A stretch of DNA of 39,023 bases from Candidatus Micrarchaeota archaeon (GTDB taxonomy: Archaea; Micrarchaeota; Micrarchaeia; Anstonellales; Bilamarchaeaceae), in assembly GCA_023248035.1 (NCBI GenBank), contig JAHFFJ010000005.1, positions 1-39,023 on the forward strand, given 5' to 3'. Below the pieces are notes generated by a model, which saw only the letters and a program-made list of their open reading frames with translations, was not told the origin of the DNA and did no database searches. This document shows positions 36,401-39,023 of this stretch, piece by piece. A program made the position numbers and the translations under genes. Numbering within the stretch: the first letter of the stretch is position 1; each line of letters starts with the position of its first letter.

Positions 36401-37741
36401 ATGTCTCAATTTCATCCAGGGCGATCAGACGTACGTATACGTGTCGATCCCACTACCAAAACAATTTCTCCTGTGGATGGTAAGCTTCGTGCTGTTTCAG
36501 CATTTGATTTGGCACCACAAGTTGAGACTTTTTGGAGAGCTCATGCAACAGCTATCGATCGTCTTCCACCTGGGTCTTTGATTGATACTCTCACCTTTGC
36601 TGCACGAACCTATGCTGAATTTTCCTCCCGCCATCCTGGTATTACTGAACGTGCATTCGCTATAGTTAATCTTCTCCAGCTTCACCTAACTTTCCCCTAC
36701 CTAAACTTTTTGGATCATTCAATCAATAATCATGCACCAACTGAGGTTATTGACGCACTTCTTGATCCTAGGAATATAGAATTATTTTCCCGCCACCTAT
36801 TTACCAAAGATCACAAACGTACAAACTGTGTTAGTTATATATGCGGCATTCCTTTTGCAGATTCGGGGATTATAAATCGGGTTATGGTTGCCGAGCCTGG
36901 GGAAGGTGTAATAACAAATCTCACCCATTCCTATATCTATCACGATATTGAACTAGCACTTTTACGGGGTGCTATCGATGGAGTGGTTTCAACACTTGGT
37001 GATAAGTTCCAAATGGTTGAACTTGGTCCGGGTCAAGCAAAGCTCGAAGCTATCTTAGGAAGTATGGCAAAGGCGCAGAAACTTCCATCCAATCTTTTCC
37101 TTGTTGATTGTAATCAAACTGTGCTGGAACATATACATGTCCGGATCGGGGGTCTCTATTCAGGACTTATTCGTCCGGTTTCATTTTCATTTGAAGAACT
37201 TGCCCAAAAATCTATTGGTCTTACTGATGAAGAAGTTTTCGTGGTTAATCTGGGGACTACCTTCTGTAATCTCCCTCCGAATAATAATTTTAACGTTTTT
37301 AAAGCTATTAATGCCCGAAACATTCTACTTGGGATCTATCTTGTTCCGCCTACTCGTGATCAACTCTTTGATATGCTAGATCAGTATAATGGAGATGTTA
37401 TGCGTGAGCAGGCAAAGATAGGCGCAAGTCTTCATGGAATAAGCCCTGAAGATATTGAAAAATGCAACTATCGTGTGACATTGGCAAAAGTTGATTTTAG
37501 TGCTATATGCGGTAGTGGTTTTGAGAGCGTTCATATCGTACTTGCGCTTTTCGATGTTGTATCAGATCTACACTCTGGTTTGGGGCAGACCTACCGTTCA
37601 GGCAGCACTCTTGGTGGGTTTTATTCAATAAAATACACCCATGAACAAATGATGCTTTTAGGTTCTCAACATGGGTTTGATATCTCCCGCCTTGCTATTG
37701 ATGAAGGGAGTCAGGTTGCACTCTACCAGCTCCGAAAATAA
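36401..37741 (+). CDS. EgtD-like (histidine N-alpha-methyltransferase family) SAM-dependent methyltransferase with N-terminal extension
   Basis: VELGPG..K, FLVDCN, LGTTFCNL, LLGIYL, QYNG, SIKY occur in the order of the EgtD motifs VELGSG, xDIS, GSTIGNF, LLGVDL, AYND, SxKY. Confidence 0.62.
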   Translation: MSQFHPGRSDVRIRVDPTTKTISPVDGKLRAVSAFDLAPQVETFWRAHATAIDRLPPGSLIDTLTFAARTYAEFSSRHPGITERAFAIVNLLQLHLTFPYLNFLDHSINNHAPTEVIDALLDPRNIELFSRHLFTKDHKRTNCVSYICGIPFADSGIINRVMVAEPGEGVITNLTHSYIYHDIELALLRGAIDGVVSTLGDKFQMVELGPGQAKLEAILGSMAKAQKLPSNLFLVDCNQTVLEHIHVRIGGLYSGLIRPVSFSFEELAQKSIGLTDEEVFVVNLGTTFCNLPPNNNFNVFKAINARNILLGIYLVPPTRDQLFDMLDQYNGDVMREQAKIGASLHGISPEDIEKCNYRVTLAKVDFSAICGSGFESVHIVLALFDVVSDLHSGLGQTYRSGSTLGGFYSIKYTHEQMMLLGSQHGFDISRLAIDEGSQVALYQLRK

Positions 37742-37764
37742 TCCTATAGTTTCTGGCTTGAATT

Positions 37765-38730
37765 TCATTTTGGGACATATTCCAATATCGGTTCAGCATA
37801 ATTGAGCATGGTATCATAATCCACAACAATATCTGCAAACTTAATCCTAAACTCACGTATGAATTCGTGAAGTTCATTTGTCCCATTTACCATTATCTCA
37901 AATTCAAGGTTGTGCATTCCCATTGGTTTTGTAATGTATATCACATTTGGATTAAGCAAAAGATAGGTATGTATTGTTTTTTGATTGTCCTCATTAAGAT
38001 TTTGCAGGGTAAGAAAAACCTTGTAGTGATCATATCCAAGTAACCTTAGATTGAGTTTTGCCCTAAATGCAAGAATGACTTTTTTTTGGAGGAGTTTTTT
38101 GATGCGATAAGAAGCAACCTTCGGATTTATCTTTAAATTTTTTGCAAGTTCCTGTATGGGAATTCTTGCATTGTTAGAAATTTCTCCAAGGACAAGGCTA
38201 TCAGTTTGGTCAATACCCACACTTTCTCCCCCACCCAATACCTTATCGGTCTCATCTTCGGTGCCATAGAGGTAATTATGCTTAAAATGATGTATGCTAA
38301 AGGCAATTGTGGTATATGGGTTTTGGAAAAAAGCTCCGAATTTTGAACTTAAATCATCATAAGTCCCTTCTATTTCCTGAAGATTTCTAGCAATTATAAC
38401 GATAGTTATGTCCCACTTTCCTTCACCAAGAGCTATCCATCTTATACATTTACTTTTTTTACAATAAGTCAGAAGTTTTCCCTCATCTTCCTGCCTCATC
38501 ATCCGGTATTTGAGAAAAACCCTACAATATATGTACCCCAATTTCGTTATATCTACTGCAGCATAATAACCTTCAATGATGCCCTTTTTCTCAAGCTGCC
38601 TTATACGATAATAAACTACCTCGCGTGAAAGCCCCACCCTTTTCCCAAGAACCGAAAGAGGTACTCGTGCATCCATATCTAGTTCAAAGAGTATACGCTT
38701 GTCTTTTTCATTTAGTACTATTTTGTCCAT
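37765..38730 (-). CDS. Lrp/AsnC-family regulator with duplicated HTH+RAM units
   Basis: DKRILFELDMDARVPLSVLGKRVGLS..VVYYRIRQLEKKGII, and a second unit NARIPIQELAKNLKI...YRIKKL. Confidence 0.9.
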   Translation of the reverse strand: MDKIVLNEKDKRILFELDMDARVPLSVLGKRVGLSREVVYYRIRQLEKKGIIEGYYAAVDITKLGYIYCRVFLKYRMMRQEDEGKLLTYCKKSKCIRWIALGEGKWDITIVIIARNLQEIEGTYDDLSSKFGAFFQNPYTTIAFSIHHFKHNYLYGTEDETDKVLGGGESVGIDQTDSLVLGEISNNARIPIQELAKNLKINPKVASYRIKKLLQKKVILAFRAKLNLRLLGYDHYKVFLTLQNLNEDNQKTIHTYLLLNPNVIYITKPMGMHNLEFEIMVNGTNELHEFIREFRIKFADIVVDYDTMLNYAEPILEYVPK

Positions 38731-38860
38731 AAAATCATTAATTTCTATATTAGAGTAAAATGTATATTAAATTTTCTCCTTTTCGTAAAAAAAGTGTTCA
38801 ACTATTTTATATACTAAAATAACATCATTCATAACATTGTTGATAGTTAAAATATCTCAG

Positions 38861-39023
38861 GTGTGTATTATAACCAAAAATCTTGTGAATTGCAATAACC
38901 AGGAAACGATACACTTTATCCTCACTGGGGGAACTATTGATTCTTCTTTCGATCCCACCAAGGATTCTCTAGTAATAGGAGATAAATCCCACATAGAAAA
39001 TTTTGTCACTAATCTTAATCTGC
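38861..39023 (+). CDS. Asparaginase-family protein, 3'-partial (absent from the ORF track); start uncertain
   Basis: Hand translation ...ETIHFILTGGTIDSSFDPTKD... contains the asparaginase TGGTI motif; frame open to the window edge; divergent from the Lrp/AsnC gene. Confidence 0.8.
   Translation, partial: MCIITKNLVNCNNQETIHFILTGGTIDSSFDPTKDSLVIGDKSHIENFVTNLNL

Overview
Gene-dense, low-GC archaeal chromosomal segment, most likely from a DPANN archaeon and plausibly Micrarchaeota. This placement is inferred from aIF5B, PCNA, Rad50, archaeal Ogg/PheT/thiolase, a split ADP-forming acetyl-CoA synthetase and a split transketolase + Rpe. Core genes (pyrG, infB, dCMP deaminase, pcn, rad50, ogg, acdB/acdA, pheT, purF, rpe, tkt) are interleaved with orphan or bacterial-like accessory genes. 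The strongest signals are non-coding. (1) A tRNA-Val(GAC) on the minus strand (5600-6073) is split into four exons by three introns of 133, 214 and 54 nt at positions 15/16, 37/38 and 59/60, each with a BHB-like 4-bp core. (2) All three introns start with a member of one covarying palindromic hairpin+tail family, which also abuts a C/D sRNA at 16174, suggesting a REP/MITE-like element that lives in spliced RNA genes. (3) Two C/D-box guide RNAs have D+5 targets on the conserved rRNA methylation sites 23S G2251 and 16S C1402 (E. coli numbering); one carries a 77-nt structured insert and a second guide matching the 16S 3' end. (4) A strand-composition switch at about 26.7-27.1 kb coincides with a 24-bp palindrome, an unexplained structured RNA candidate and an orphan Cas2-like gene. 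All calls were made by eye; no searches were run.
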